DNA of 62,281 nucleotides, the filler included, from Basidiobolus ranarum (Eukaryota): assembly GCA_040143965.1 (NCBI GenBank). It is 16 parts of 16 records of this genome, joined end to end, with 100 filler letters (N's around TTAATTAATTAA, not from the genome) between each part and the next. Parts side by side here need not be neighbours in the genome. Positions count along the whole stretch, not along the records: positions 46,840 to 50,628 come from JASJQH010009160.1; positions 50,729 to 54,516 come from JASJQH010009161.1; positions 54,617 to 58,400 come from JASJQH010009162.1; positions 58,501 to 62,281 come from JASJQH010009163.1; 12 more parts are not named here. One strand, given 5' to 3'. Below the pieces are notes generated by a model. It did no database searches. It was given only the letters and a program-made list of their open reading frames with translations, and had not been told where the DNA came from. A program made the translations under genes and the position numbers. Within the stretch, counting starts at the first letter, position 1. The number at the start of each line of letters is the position of its first letter. Of the stretch, positions 47,768-61,218 are shown piece by piece.

Positions 47768-49364
47768 GATGGAAATCAGGTAAATAGCAACTCTTTATTT
47801 AGTAGCTAGTTTGTTCATAATCTGATAATTAAGCACTCAATTCTGCCAAGTAGAAATGTGTGTTTATTGCTCTAATCAATAGAAATATTAATTAGATCAC
47901 TTTTACCAATTTTCACTATTTTCTCAAAACCTCTCCAAAGCACTTCAAATTTACCCATGCATAGCAGGCATGTTTGTTATGAGCTAAGCATGTCCAATTA
48001 TCCTATTTCATAGGAAACTATCAATAGGACATATTCAATCCAATAAAACCCAAGTGTCTAACTCACAAATCCAAATCAGGTCCAAAACACTTCCATATCC
48101 CCTAAACACTTTTATTAGGGCATGGGCCCCAAGTTATCTGTTAAAGGAATGCCTACCAGTACTATTATCAATGTTTTTGCATCTGCAGAGAAGTTTAATG
48201 GTGAAGACTTTCACCTTTGGAAGTTCAAGATGCAAATGGTGCTAGAAGACAATGGCCTTTTGGGATTTGTTACAGGAGAAGAAAAAGGGCCAGAGGGTCC
48301 AACAGAAGCTATCCTTGCCTTTGACAAGAAGCTGAGGAAAGCTCTCTCTACACTTTGTCTACATCTGAGAGACTCTCAATTGAGGCTAATACACTTGGCT
48401 AAAGACATCCAAACTGCTTGGGTAACACTTGAGAGACTATCTGAGACTACAAGCCTGGCTAATAGGCTATATCTTAGGTGAAAATTATTCTCAATTCAAA
48501 CAAAATCTCATAATGCTATGGCTAATCATGTGAATCAAATAAAAACTATGGCAGATCAGCTTGCATCCATTGCAGCACCTTGAAATGAAGATGACTTGGT
48601 TTTGACACTTCTTCAGAGCCTGCCAGAAAAGCTTGGGAATCTCATAATTGCCCTAGAATAAAGATTGAAGCCATCAACAATGGAATATGTTTGCGCTAGG
48701 GCTTTGAATGTGTAATTAATGAGATCGAATTCTTACCAAAATAATGCAGATCAGGCAATTTTTAGAGCTGTAAAGCATCCAACAGGATTAAAAAATGATG
48801 CCTCTAATAGGAAATCTGTTATCTACAAGTATTGCAAGAAACTAGGCCTTTTAATCAAGGATTTCAGGAAAATGATTTGGCCAAAAAGCCAAAGCTGGAG
48901 AATGCAAATCAAGTATGCACTGATAGGGATCATCTATTTGTGTCTGCGCTGGCCACAACCACTAAGAAAGACTCAGAAATGTTGTACATTGATTCAGGAG
49001 CTTCCCAGCACACATCAAACAAGATGGATTGGTGTTCCAGCTTAAAACCTATCCAAACAAGGAAAGTCTATGGAGGTGTTGACTAAGCACTAGATGCAGT
49101 TGGTAAGGGCACAGTTGTGTGCAATTCAACCCAAAATTCAGCTACACCCTCTGCAAAATTGGATATTGACCTCTATATATCAAACATAGCCAAGAATTTA
49201 CTCTCAGTAAGCCAAGCAACAACTCAAGGACTAAATTTGATGTTTTGCAAGGCTGGATGTATCATCACATATCAGAATAATACCAAATTAGCTACTGGGT
49301 TCAACACTCAGAATTTATACAAGCAAAATTCTACAATTTGCATTCTGAGCAAGCAAACTTGGCC
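47768..49364 (+). mobile_element. Copia family B 5' LTR (~47768-48117), PBS and degenerate gag-protease
   Basis: EKFNGEDFHLWKFKMQMVLED, TLLQSLP, YIDSGASQH, KNLLSVSQ; PBS variant GGGCATGGGCCCC at 48118. Confidence 0.92.
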
Positions 49365-50628
49365 TGTTGTGCATCAATATACAAAGTTTTTTAGCTTATA
49401 CAATATCTATGCCACTTGCTTCAATAGCTGCTTATTTTACCATCATTGCTAACTAGTCACCCAACCTTTTCCAGTGACTCAATCTTGTGACTTATAGCAT
49501 GACTAACTATCTTTTCTCTTATCTCTTCTCTCAGATCATATGACCAATCACATGACCATTATACAATCAGTATTAACCTCTGAGTCATCTGCTTAGACAC
49601 AGGTCAATATGAATTACAGGATTCATAACCAATGATGTTTCACTGCCAAGACTTCAGCTGATGTGTGACTCACTTATCTATCTATCTATCTATCTATCCA
49701 ATCACATTGTCTTTTGTCAGAATTACTCATCCAATATCCTGGTGCTGACCAATTCACTTTGCTATAAAAAAGTAGAAATAAAGTTAACTAAACCTGTTGA
49801 TATAATATGTGTCTTAATGAATATAGGAGCTCAACACTTCTCAGTGTGCCTTAACTAATTCAATATTCCCTCTCATTTCTATCCAAGCCTAGTATCCACT
49901 AGCATCTACAGAACACCAAGCCTAGCTGCCTAGCAAGCCTACTCTCTTCCATAATATAGCAACCCACTGCTATTGGCAAGACATAGATTAGTTAGATCTG
50001 CTCTGCTCATTTATCCTGCTTAAACAGTTCTAAGATTCTGCACCTAATTGTTTCTTTGGTTCAGCAAAGTTCAAGACTATTTATCCACTTTTTTCTTGGA
50101 TGTAACATTTTTTTTGTTATATTCCATTACATTAAATCACCAATTCAACTTGGCCTCACCTACCAGTACTGTAAGTCTCAGCATTCTTGATGATGTCAGA
50201 TCAGCCTATGAAAACATATCCCAACAACTTGGGCAACTTATGTCTGAGAAATATGAACATGTTTTGGAGTACACTTTCCTTCTTCAATCAAGAGATGATG
50301 AAGAGCAAAGACAAGACTTACAGGAAGTCAATGCTTCTGAAAAGGAAGAAAGCACCATTCTTAATGAAAGTCTGCAAAATCTTACCAAAACATCTCTCAA
50401 TATGGAGAATCCTCCAACATTCACCCTACCTGCATTAAGAACAGCTCTCACATCTGCTACCATTAATCCTACCTGCACCCCTAGAGCAAGTACAACCATT
50501 GTTCCTAAGTCCCTTCCTCTTTTTGTAGAAGGACACAATGCCATCAATGATACCACTGAATTCCTTTACAAATTCATTAATATCTTAGTTGCTCAGCAAC
50601 TATATGCAGACACCGAATGGGCAAGACT
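49365..50628 (+). mobile_element. Ty3/gypsy element 5' end, second copy (LTR 49365-50107, then gag), inserted into copia B
   Basis: Colinear with the reverse complement of ~35998-37257; TGTTGTG start, ...TGTAACA end followed by T8; (TATC)n tract. Confidence 0.85.
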
Positions 50629-50728
50629 NNNNNNNNNNNNNNNNNNNNNNNNNNNNNNNNNNNNNNNNNNNNTTAATTAATTAANNNNNNNNNNNNNNNN
50701 NNNNNNNNNNNNNNNNNNNNNNNNNNNN

Positions 50729-52334
50729 CTATTTTGACATATGTGATTATATCAGAGCTCTGGAATTGTCATTTGGCTTGTTTTCCATATATATAACCTT
50801 CATAAATTTCCATCCTGGTTGGGGAAGGGTTTAGTTGAATCTCAGAAATAAGGCAATGGGTGATTATTTTGCTCAAATAATCAGATCCAACAATCTTTTA
50901 TGCTGAATTCAAATAGTTTTTGATTGGAAGAGCCTAAATGTATGGATACATCCCTTTGACTGTATGGAGATTTGTATAAGTTCTGATCCTTTTCTCCTAA
51001 AGCTAAGTAATTCTCATTTTGAACAATGAAGGTGCATCAAAACTTGTCAAAATAGATTTTTGCTCTTCTGAGATGACCATGAATACAGGTTTAAATTCCT
51101 GCAATATCTGGAGAATGTAGTAAATTCTTTAGTATATTAACATTTGTGTCAGAAACATGAGTTAAATTGACTTGAATTGTTCCCATTCCAATGGCATCCA
51201 ACATGTTGTCATCATCCATGAGAATCATTCTAAATTGGATATCTACATAATCTACACATTAATCTTTCTCATTTGTGCAATATTGGGAGGCTACAGATGC
51301 AATATACTCAGCCCAAAGTTCTTTGTTGATAGTCATAGATAGAGCATATATGAACCAGTAACCTCCTGCTTTAACCACATTTCCAGATTTAGTACATTTC
51401 TATTCTATTGCAAATCTGTTAGAGTAATATTTGCTTGAATGGCTGATTCTTTTACAGGAATCACATAATAAAATACATTTCTTTTTTGGTGTTTTGATAT
51501 TTAGAGAAAGATTTCCTATATTCAATCAAAGCATTTTCTTTACTTGGATGGTTTGATTGTTATTTGCATAATCTTCATCCAGGAGTCTGCCAAATGTATT
51601 ATTTAAGGTCAAATTTTTATTTCTTAATTCTACAGCCATTGCTAGGCTCTAACACCTGCATAATTGGCTATTCAGGACTGTTATTATTGTATCCTGATCA
51701 GTAGTAGGTACTTTAATGCATTCCATTGCGTGCACAAAAAAAGTCATTCAAATAATAAGAGATTTAATATTTATCTTGTCTTTGTCATCAGGTTTAAGAA
51801 TTGTCCTCTTTAAAGCTTCATATTAGCAGAAAAACAAGTTTAATAGGTGTGGTCCTAGGTCTTCCATTTGTTCTTTGCAGTATTGCCTCTTCAACATTGA
51901 ATTAACAATTTATCCTAAATATTAAAACAAATTGTGTCATAGACACTTTGTTATATTTCAACATTGAGTAAAACATTGGTTTTGGTTGGTTTTGTACTGT
52001 TTTCTTCTCCTATAACAGTGTCTCAGAGTCCTTTTAATTGCAGCAGCATCTTGTTTTAATTGTCTAAACTTGACAATCAATACAATCCAATTTTCCAGAA
52101 GAGGGAAAAGTTTCAGAAACCTGGGAAGTAGACATTGCAGAGAGTGCAAGCTTGGGGTGCGCAACCTGTTAAAGTATTTTGGCAGCCTGTAAGAATCATT
52201 TTGGTTTATTAGAGAAATTGGTTTTTTCACTTATTAATTTGTTGAGTTAAGAGTGGATATCACAGTTTTATCAAAATATGTAAGCAAATAATTATCTACA
52301 ACATGTTAAGGTAACTAAGTACTAAGCCCTACAT
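50729..52334 (-). mobile_element. Strongly degenerate copia family A 5' half (LTR remnant from 52167, PBS, gag, protease)
   Basis: TGTTAAAGTATTTTGG LTR end next to a PBS variant; reverse-complement similarity to 52700-53960. Confidence 0.85.
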
Positions 52335-53961
52335 TGTTAAAATTAGCATTGCCTAAACACCAATATATTCATATATACCTTAGTAATGAGTTATTTTATA
52401 GTTCTCTAAGATATTACCCATTATCCTCTATCAAAATTTACTTTAAATACTCTTTTACCAGCTTAAAAGTTCTCAGATAAATAGATTTTTCAAACTTGTG
52501 CAAGAAGCCCCAACTTTGTACACATGCTCCTAGGACCCTCCTTGACACATTTTACATGCTAGTGTGCATACAATATGACAAAATTATAAATGTCAACTAA
52601 ATACTCAATTAATGAATGAGTGATAACTGCCATTTTCTCTAATTCTTCAAACCATATCTAGCAGCCTCCCAAATACTTTAGCAGGTTATGAGCTCCAGGC
52701 TTGCACTCTGTCAACTCCAGTTCTCAAATTTATGGAACTTTTCCCTATTCTGAAAGATTGGATGGAACCAATTATCAAATTTGGAAAATATAATGACGAT
52801 GCTGCTGCAAGAGGAAGGACTTTGTGACACTGTTGTAGGTGATGAAAGCAATGCCAAGTTTTCTGAAACCAAAGTTTTACCCCAAGTTAAAAAAGAACAA
52901 ATTGCTTTTAACACAATTTGTCTTGATATTACAGACAAATTACTGATTCAATGTTCAAGAGCAAAAACTGCCATGCCAGTGTTGCAAGCCTTGGAAGACA
53001 TCTACCATACATGTTCTGCTGCCAACAATGTGTTTCCAAGAAGGTAAATATTTAACTTAAAGGTGACTTAATGGCAAAGCCAGTGCAAGACATCAAATCA
53101 CTTAATGGTAGAGTCACTATTTTATTGCATAAAATGTATTGCATTGGAGTACCAACTATTGATTACAATGTCAAAGTTATAGCACTTAATAGCCTGCCAC
53201 ATGAGCATTGGAGCCTAGTAATGGCTCTAAAATCAAGATCAAAATATTTGACCGTACATTGTGTATTTGGCAGACTTCTAGATGAAGACTAACCCAAATT
53301 AGGCTCCAACCAAAAGAATAAGCAAAACAATCTAATAAGCTATGGGAAACCTTCCTACCAAGGTCAAAAGAACTTTAAGAAAAAAAGTAACACATTATGT
53401 GATTAGTGTAAAAGGACTGGCCATTTAAGCACAGATTGCTCTAAAGAATTTTAAAGGAAGAAAAATGAACTGAATCTGGAAGTAAGGTTTTCACAGAAGA
53501 TCAATTGTTCATATCTGCCCTATCTATGACTACTAACAAGGATTCTCAGATGAGATATATTGATTCCAGAGCCTTCCACCATTTCATTAATGCAAAACAT
53601 TGGTTTGTGGAATATATAGAAATCTCTATTAGGAAGGCTTTCATGGGAGATGACCATACATGGGATTCCATTGGAATGGCAACAACTCAAGTCAATTTAA
53701 CTTGAGCTTCTGAATAGAAGGTCTATACCTTCAAGGATGTACTACATGGTCCAGATATTGCTAAGAATTTGATATTTGTACACAAGGCCACCTCAGAAGT
53801 TCTAAAATGCAATTTTGTTAAGTCAGGATGCACTATCTATGTTCCAAATAGGAATCATGTACCTTTGGGAGCCAACAATGAAACCTTGTACAAACTTACA
53901 TCAGATTCAAGAGGTTTATGTGTAAAGGTATTTGATTCAATTCAACAATCTATCTGATTAT
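52335..53961 (+). mobile_element. Copia family A 5' LTR (52335-52683), PBS (52684) and degenerate gag-protease
   Basis: LTR A consensus; GGTTATGAGCTCC; LNSLPHE, CKRTGHLSTDC knuckle, YIDSRAFHH. Confidence 0.92.
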
Positions 53962-54516
53962 GGTTGAAGTTTATTGTCTTTATCATATTTGCTATCTGTA
54001 TCTTTATACACCAAACTATCTCATATATCACATATATGTGAGTTGACCTTACTTTGTTGAATTTCACTTAGCCGAAAATTGGAACACATATTCTATATAT
54101 AAGTGAATAATGTGAGATTTAGCAATTCCATATTCGAAATTTCAAACTCATCCAAATTGCCCCAATGATAGCTCATTTTACTCCCACAGATGTTCTGAAC
54201 ACAACCCCAGTATTAGTTTTCTTTATTTCCACCAAAATGTATAAATGCTTTATTTCTGGACAATAAATATTATCTCACAAAGCTATTCACAACTCCACTT
54301 TTCTAAAGTTCCTCCAAAAGCCCATATTTTCCCAATAGATTATAAGCCCTGTGTTTTAACCTTAACAGCATGATAGAAACCACTACTACCACTTTTATTA
54401 ACTCGAGTGTTTAAAAGCTTGATGGAGAAAATTACAATTTCTGGAAGTTCAAGATGCAAATCATGCTGGAAGACAGGGAGCTTTGGGATGTAGTCTCTGG
54501 AGATGAAAAGGAACCT
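53962..54516 (+). mobile_element. Copia family C 5' LTR (53962-54337), PBS and gag start
   Basis: LTR C followed by GATTATAAGCCCT (mutated GGTTATGAGCCCT) and LDGENYNFWKFKMQIMLEDRELWDVVSGDE. Confidence 0.9.
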
Positions 54517-54652
54517 NNNNNNNNNNNNNNNNNNNNNNNNNNNNNNNNNNNNNNNNNNNNTTAATTAATTAANNNNNNNNNNNNNNNNNNNNNNNNNNNN
54601 NNNNNNNNNNNNNNNNATATGTATTGTTTGTGGAAGTCAATTTTGATTTCTT

Positions 54653-55321
54653 GTGTATGTGTGCTTGACATTTAGGTTTAAGTATTCAACACTAAATCAA
54701 GAAACTTTGACAACCCAACAAAGCCATCCTAATGCTGGCTACGTTGCTGATCAAGTAGTTGAGTATGTTAAAGAGCATAGTAAGCGTGGAAAACCCCTTC
54801 CCAAATCATTCGGTGATAGACCCTGGAACGATGCTAGTGGTAAAGAATCCTCACTCACTGAAAACATGGCTGTTTGTCATGCTTTAGTAGTTGATTTCGC
54901 TGGTGTCAATCAAGTGGATACTACAGGTGTTCAGGCATTGCTTGATGCACGTTCAACCATCAATAACTATGCAGATAGAAAAGTCGAGTGGCATTTTGCC
55001 AATGTAAATGCACCAACCATTCGTCGAAAGTTGGTTGCTGCAGGATTCGGAAATGAAGACCTCCTTGCTCCCTCTAAAGGTCCCCAATCACCAGTAGCAC
55101 ATGCTACCAATACAAACACGGAGCGCACAGATGTTAAACATGGTGACTTGGAAGCAGTTTTACCAGATGATAGAATTAGTGAATATGACGAGAAATACAT
55201 CGCTAAAGCAGGTACCGAAATTGCGCATAAGGCAAATGATGAATGGTCACAGCAAAGATATCCATTCTTCCACTATGATTTAGAGGATGCAGTTCGTGCC
55301 GTCTCACTTCCTACCAAATAG
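54653..55321 (+). CDS. SulP/SLC26 sulfate permease, C-terminal STAS-domain exon (5' boundary uncertain)
   Basis: HPNAGY, GDRPWND, VVDFAGVNQVDTTGVQALLDAR, VEWHFAN and YPFFHYDL are typical of fungal Sul1/Sul2 C-termini. Confidence 0.9.
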   Translation: MYVCLTFRFKYSTLNQETLTTQQSHPNAGYVADQVVEYVKEHSKRGKPLPKSFGDRPWNDASGKESSLTENMAVCHALVVDFAGVNQVDTTGVQALLDARSTINNYADRKVEWHFANVNAPTIRRKLVAAGFGNEDLLAPSKGPQSPVAHATNTNTERTDVKHGDLEAVLPDDRISEYDEKYIAKAGTEIAHKANDEWSQQRYPFFHYDLEDAVRAVSLPTK

Positions 55322-58208
55322 TCGGATTTCAAAATATTATCCCAAAACTGCATTTATCTACCATCTTTAACCATAACTTCACTGACGACCATTAGGCAAA
55401 TATTTCTCGGACATTGCTACTTAACTATCACGCATAAAACCTCAAAAATCATTAAGGACCAAAACTCTCTGGACACTTCAATATTCCTCCTACCCCTACT
55501 CCCACTCCTTTCCTTATTGTTATCCCTCAATTCACAAATTTTATAAATCGGTCTACATCACTCAAACCTTGATCTTTAGCTCTTATCAGATAACTCTAAT
55601 AAACCACACATGTTGATGTCTTAAAAGATAAATATATGCATTATATATTCTATAGAGAAACATCGGGTGAATTGGAAACAGAGATCGGTCAGAGTATTTA
55701 GCGGGTTGTAAGCACGCAGATCGTTGACTGTTTCGAGTAAGATCACTTGGTCATACCGGCCAAATGAGTCAAATAAAGATTGTTCGTAATTCAAGGCAGG
55801 AGATACTAAGAACGAGACTTACAAGATGCATACGATGCAACATTGACCTTCTGCATTATCCAATTAATCGCCAGTTTTGATGACGAGAGTACTACCCAAA
55901 ATCCAGATATTCTCTAACGGATCTTAATCAAGACAAAGATGGTATGATTTGCCGAAGAATCTACTAGAACCATATTTGCATGTTGATTATGTTGTAAAGG
56001 TAAACGTCAAAACCTCAGCCGGTCCTCGGCTTCATCTCCCCGTTCTTCCACCATACACTTGTCACATGAAATTCGCTCATCTTATCGAATCACTGATATT
56101 GAAGAGATCTTCTCTCTAATGAACCTGATTTGATGAGAATCCATTGAAACGATCAAAGAGAGTGATGTCAAAACTCCACACCAACTGAACAATTAGCAAT
56201 TGATTCTTATGCAGTATTGCATTCATATACATAATGCGCAAGAAATACTCCATCCCTTTACTTGGAATAAGTTTAGGGCCTCCAGATGCAGTTATAACCT
56301 ATTAGGATAAACTGAACGCACATGGAGTTGCCCAATGGTGTGAACTTAACTCCACAACTGGAGCACTACTCTAGACTCGGCCATTACTAAAACAAGATAC
56401 TATCTATTTAACAACTAAAGCTATGTGACTGTAGTGAGTGTTGCTCAAGCCCATCAAATGACTTGCATTGGACAACCTATGTTAAAGGCAATGCCTAGTT
56501 TAGATATGCTTATTCCGTAGCAAAGCAATTGAACTTCGGTTCTATGATGGAGCCTCATCTGACTCGCAAACCCTAATTTAATCTGACTGATTAGGAGATG
56601 TTCCAGTTTACTGGAATCTAAATCCACCTAAAACGGTGAGTCACATAGGATGTTATTATTCCTCGTGCTATCGTTGTCGATTTTGATTTGTCTAAGGCGG
56701 AGGTCCTTCCTGTTGCCATACTCTTAATTCCTTTTCGGTGTAGATTTAAAATGAGATTGAGTTATTATATGCTAATTTCTGTTAGCCCATATATAGGATA
56801 AGGATCAAGTACAGTTCAAGACTTAAGGTTAAACTTATATGCTAACTTTCATCATCTAAGATTGAGCTCCTTAAGGAGTAACATTTTCATATTAATCCCA
56901 TAGGTTCTGCCAAGTCTACCGAATGTTGCCAATTTGCTTGATCCATCATTAAAGCTTCTAACTGGATGTGCTCCTTATGCTGCAAATAATTCAGTTTAAT
57001 TATTATGGGAAATTTCATTCCAGATTCCAAAATTAACTTCTGAAACTATGACTCACTTGTGCCTAATATAGTGAACCAATGATAGAGATCGATATCTATT
57101 TCCCTTCTGCATGCACAGGTGGTAGCTCATAATCTCAGATCTAGTTGAATCTTGTCTTCGTTACAATTGCTACTGTTAAGCCTCATCCGTCTTCAAGAAC
57201 ATACACTGATAATCAAGATTCCATTAGCATATATTTAGTAAAGATTCCTACTTTTGGAATACCCAGTAAGCTCAATTCTGGTGCTATAAACCTTTTCAAA
57301 ATTCATGCAAAAAACCGATTACAGGGTTCAAAATGATAACTTGGCCAACATTCGGATTTCTTTCATTGTTAACGTCTGGCACATGTTGGCAGTAACCTAT
57401 GAGCTAGTAGTGTATTTCGTGGTAGTAAAAGTATCAATAATAAATTTTGGATGATAACCAGTGCGCTCACAATCTCTCAAATATTTGCATAACATGATAT
57501 GTGTGACATATGATGACGAAGTTGCACATCATCCTGGAATTATAAATTGGCCTACTGAAGCATCAAACAGTGGAGAATTGCATAAGTATTTGTATTCCTA
57601 AGACCAGCTTGCTGGTGTATGATAACAGCCCACAACTGAATATTTCAAAAAATTATCATCGAAAGCTTAATATTTGTGGGATGAATGATTTAGTTTTTAA
57701 ACATTTCCTTTACTGTTTTATTTAGAACACTTTGAATCTTCTATCAAATGGCTTTTGCAAAATAATAAAATGGGCATCTTAGATTAGAATATTCTGATGT
57801 GTGAAGCATTAACAGTATTTTTCAATTTATATTTTGAAGTTCAGCTACTCAAACCAAAATGCTCAGTATATGAGGTAGAATGCCGTTTCTAATTTAGCTG
57901 CTGTAGCCACACTATCGTTTGGTTTACTTTGTCATTTCAGATGAGCATATCTCTATATTGTTGGTGCTTTTGATTTTTCTCTTTTATTTATATATAATGG
58001 ATCTTATTCAAGCTTCCATGTAGAGTCAATAACTTCTCTGCATAGTTGGTGACAAGCAGAAGTTCTGCATTGCAACTTTCATTTTATTATCAAATCACCT
58101 GGAATTGAATCTTACCGTTGAGTTCAAGCCAGAATATCACTATGTTGTAGTTAATTCAATCTACCACAATTCAAATCAGTGTTAAAAATATCAGATAAGT
58201 CTTGTGAA

Positions 58209-58400
58209 TGTTAAAGTATTTGGGAGCCTGTTGGAAGTGGTTTGGTGAATTAGAGAAATTGGTCATTTTCACTTGTTGATTTATTGAGCAGAAAGTTGAC
58301 ATTTATAGTTTTGTCAAGATGTAAACAAACTAACGTGTAGAATATGTTAAGAAAGGTCCCAGGAACATGTGTGCAAAGTTTGGGGCTTCTAGCACAAGTT
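58209..58400 (-). mobile_element. Copia family A LTR end
   Basis: TGTTAAAGTATTTGGGAGCCTGTTGGAAGTGG is the reverse complement of the LTR A 3' end. Confidence 0.92.
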
Positions 58401-58500
58401 NNNNNNNNNNNNNNNNNNNNNNNNNNNNNNNNNNNNNNNNNNNNTTAATTAATTAANNNNNNNNNNNNNNNNNNNNNNNNNNNNNNNNNNNNNNNNNNNN

Positions 58501-59215
58501 CTAAGTCATCAGAATCTATCTGAATCAAGAACATTTTTCCCCTAACATATGGCCTATTAGCCAGAATTTAGTTTCATATAGTCACTCAAGTGTTTCCCAA
58601 GCAGTTTAGATCTTTTTGGCTCAGTGTATGTGCCTCAATTGAGAGTATCTGAGATTTTGACAAACTGTAGAGAGCGCTTTCCTCTGCTTCTTGCAAAAGG
58701 CAAGGATAGCTTCAGGCAATCCCTTTGGCTCTGTTTCTTCTCCTGTAACAGATCCCCAAAGGTCTTTGTCTTTTAGCTTCATTTGCATCTTAAACTTTCA
58801 AAGATGTAAGCCTTCACCATCAAACTTCTCTGTGGATGCAAAAACATTGGTAATAGTACTGATACACATTTGTTTAACAGCTAGCTTGGGGCTCATAACC
58901 TGATAAAAATGTTCATGGGACTTGGAAGTGTTTTGGAAAAGATTTGAATTTTGAATTAGACACCATAATGTGCACTCTGTCATTGACTTACAACTATGAG
59001 CTCTCTTCAATACACTGCATCATTGTAGCCTTCATCATTCTGTGTGTCAGGAGTTTCAGTGTATTTAAGACCTAGATATGCAGTCCCTCTCAAGTACCTT
59101 AATACATGATACACTGCTGTTATTTGCTTAGATCCAGGATTTATGGGGTTTTAGCTTAGAGTTCTCACTCTTACCACAATGTATGCACATGTTTCAACCA
59201 TTGAATGCATTAAGC
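58501..59215 (-). mobile_element. Copia family B gag start, intact PBS (58883-58900), truncated LTR and an RT/RNase H scrap
   Basis: NVFASTEKFDGEGLHL; plus-strand AGCTTGGGGCTCATAACC; minus-strand LRYLRGT near 59090. Confidence 0.85.
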
Positions 59216-61218
59216 TACTAACATTAGGTAAGTAGCAACTCATTATATAGTAGTTGGTTTATTCATATTTTATTTATTTAGCACTCAATTCTGCCATTAA
59301 AAATATGTGCTTATTGCACAAATTGATAGAAAATCCATTAGATCACCTTTACCAATGTGGAATTTTTCTCAAAACATCTTCAAATCATTGCAAATTTCAC
59401 CCATGCTTTATAGGCATGCTGATCACAATCTAAACATGACCAATAGTTTGACTTTATAGTACACTATTAGTAGGACATATTCAATTCAATAAAACTTAAG
59501 TGTCTAACTCACTAATTCAAGTCTTGTCCGAACACCTGCAACTCCCCTCAATACTGTTATTAGGTTACAAGCCCCAAGCTTGCTGTTAGAGGAATATCTA
59601 CCAGTAACATCAATAACATTTTTGCATCCACAGAGAAGTTTGATTGCAAAGACTTTCAACTCTAGATGTTTAGGATGCAAATGGTGCTAGAAGACAAAGA
59701 CCTTTGAGGATTTGTCACAGAAGAAGCAACAGAGCCGTTACAACCACCAGAAGCTATCCTTGCCTTTCACAACAAGCAGAGGAAAGCACTCTATACATTT
59801 TGTCAATATCTCAAAGACTAGCATTTGAGGAGCATATACTGAGTTGAAAAGAGCCAAAATGCTTCGGAACCACTGGAGAGACTCTACAAGATTGAAAGTC
59901 TAGCTAATGGGCTATACCTTTGATGAAAATTATTTTTATGTCAGATGAATTCTGGTTATTCTATGGCAAATCACAAAATGTGGGCCCAAGCTATGGCAGA
60001 TCAGCTCTCATCCATTGGAGCACTTCTAGATGGAGGTGATATATTCATGACACTGCTTGGGAGCCTCCCAGACAAGTTGGGCAACCCATAGTGGCCCTGG
60101 AGTCAGGATCTGGGCCATTAACAATGGAGTATATTGGAGCCAGGCTTTGAATGGAGAATTTGAGAAAAGTGTTTAGGGGATTTGGAAGTGCTTTGGACAA
60201 GATTTGGATTTGTGAATTGGACACTTATGTTTTATTGAATTAAATATGTCCTATTTATAGTTTACTATGAAATAGGACTATTGGACATGCTTAGATCATA
60301 ACAAATATGCCTGTTAAGTGTGGGTGCAAATTTGAGGTGATTTGGAGAAGTTTTGAGAAAATAGTGAAAATTGGTAAAAGTGATCTAATTGATATTTCTA
60401 TCAATCACAGCAATAAACAAACATTTTTGAATGACCAAATTGAGTACTAAATAATCAGAATATGAATAAACTAACTACTAAATAATGAGTTGCTATTTAC
60501 CTAATTTCAACAGAATTAAGGATATCTAGTACTCAGCAAATAATACAGAACAGGCTTTTGTTGGGGCTGTGAAATGTTCAACAGGCTTCAACAATAGTAC
60601 ACTTGGAAGGAAAGCAACCATCTGCAACTTTGGCTAGGAACCAAACTACATTAATATCAAATTAGGAACTGGGATCAAAACTCAAAACTTATTTCAGCTA
60701 GCAATGAACAAATTGCATCATGAGAATGCAGACTTGACCATAACAGGTGAAATAAGCTGTCAAATGTGGCACAGAAGATTTGGCCACACAGGGGAACAAA
60801 AACATACCCAAATAATCTAAAATCAGCTTGCTTCAGGCATAGAAATAGAAAATATCAACAAGTTAGTTCTGTGTGAAGGTTGCATTTGTGGAAAACATCA
60901 CAAACAGCAGTTTTCAAGCCCTGGAGAGAACAAATCCATTGAGATACTTAATGACCTTGATTGATCACAAGCCATGATATATTCAGAGGTTCTTTCTGAA
61001 ATAAAAATATGAAGCCTTAGCTATGTTCAAGCATTACAAAGTAATGCTAGAGAATGATTCAGCACAAAAAATAAGAAACTTAGGAGTGATACTGGTGGAT
61101 AAAACTGTTCTAAAGACTTTGCGGTTTTTGTTCTCTAGGTGGAATCAAGCAACACAATACTATACTTTACAATCCACAGCAAAATGGAGTTGCAGAAAAT
61201 GCTAATAGGACCATAGTA
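59216..61218 (+). mobile_element. Copia family B 5' LTR (~59216-59562), PBS, degenerate gag and integrase
   Basis: GGTTACAAGCCCCAAGCT; MQMVLEDKDL, TLLGSLP, MWHRRFGH, CEGCICGK, QQNGVAENANRTIV. Confidence 0.9.
60161..60512 (-). mobile_element. Solo LTR, copia family B, perfect TSD GAATT, antisense inside a family B gag
   Basis: GAATT at 60156-60160 and 60513-60517; TG...CA termini. Confidence 0.92.

Noticed and set aside
55322..58208. Possible hidden gene or ncRNA in the long region after the permease (similarly 12900-14850)
   Set aside because: No long ORF, coherent exon chain, repeat or RNA structure that I could support by eye.
3816..58500. Regularly spaced palindromic TTAATTAATTAA every ~3.9 kb as a biological periodic signal
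   Set aside because: Always embedded in N runs; it is a six-frame-stop assembly linker.
58883..58900. GGGGCTCATAACC as a tRNA-Met gene
   Set aside because: Only the anticodon-arm match, no cloverleaf; it is the retroelement PBS read on the other strand.
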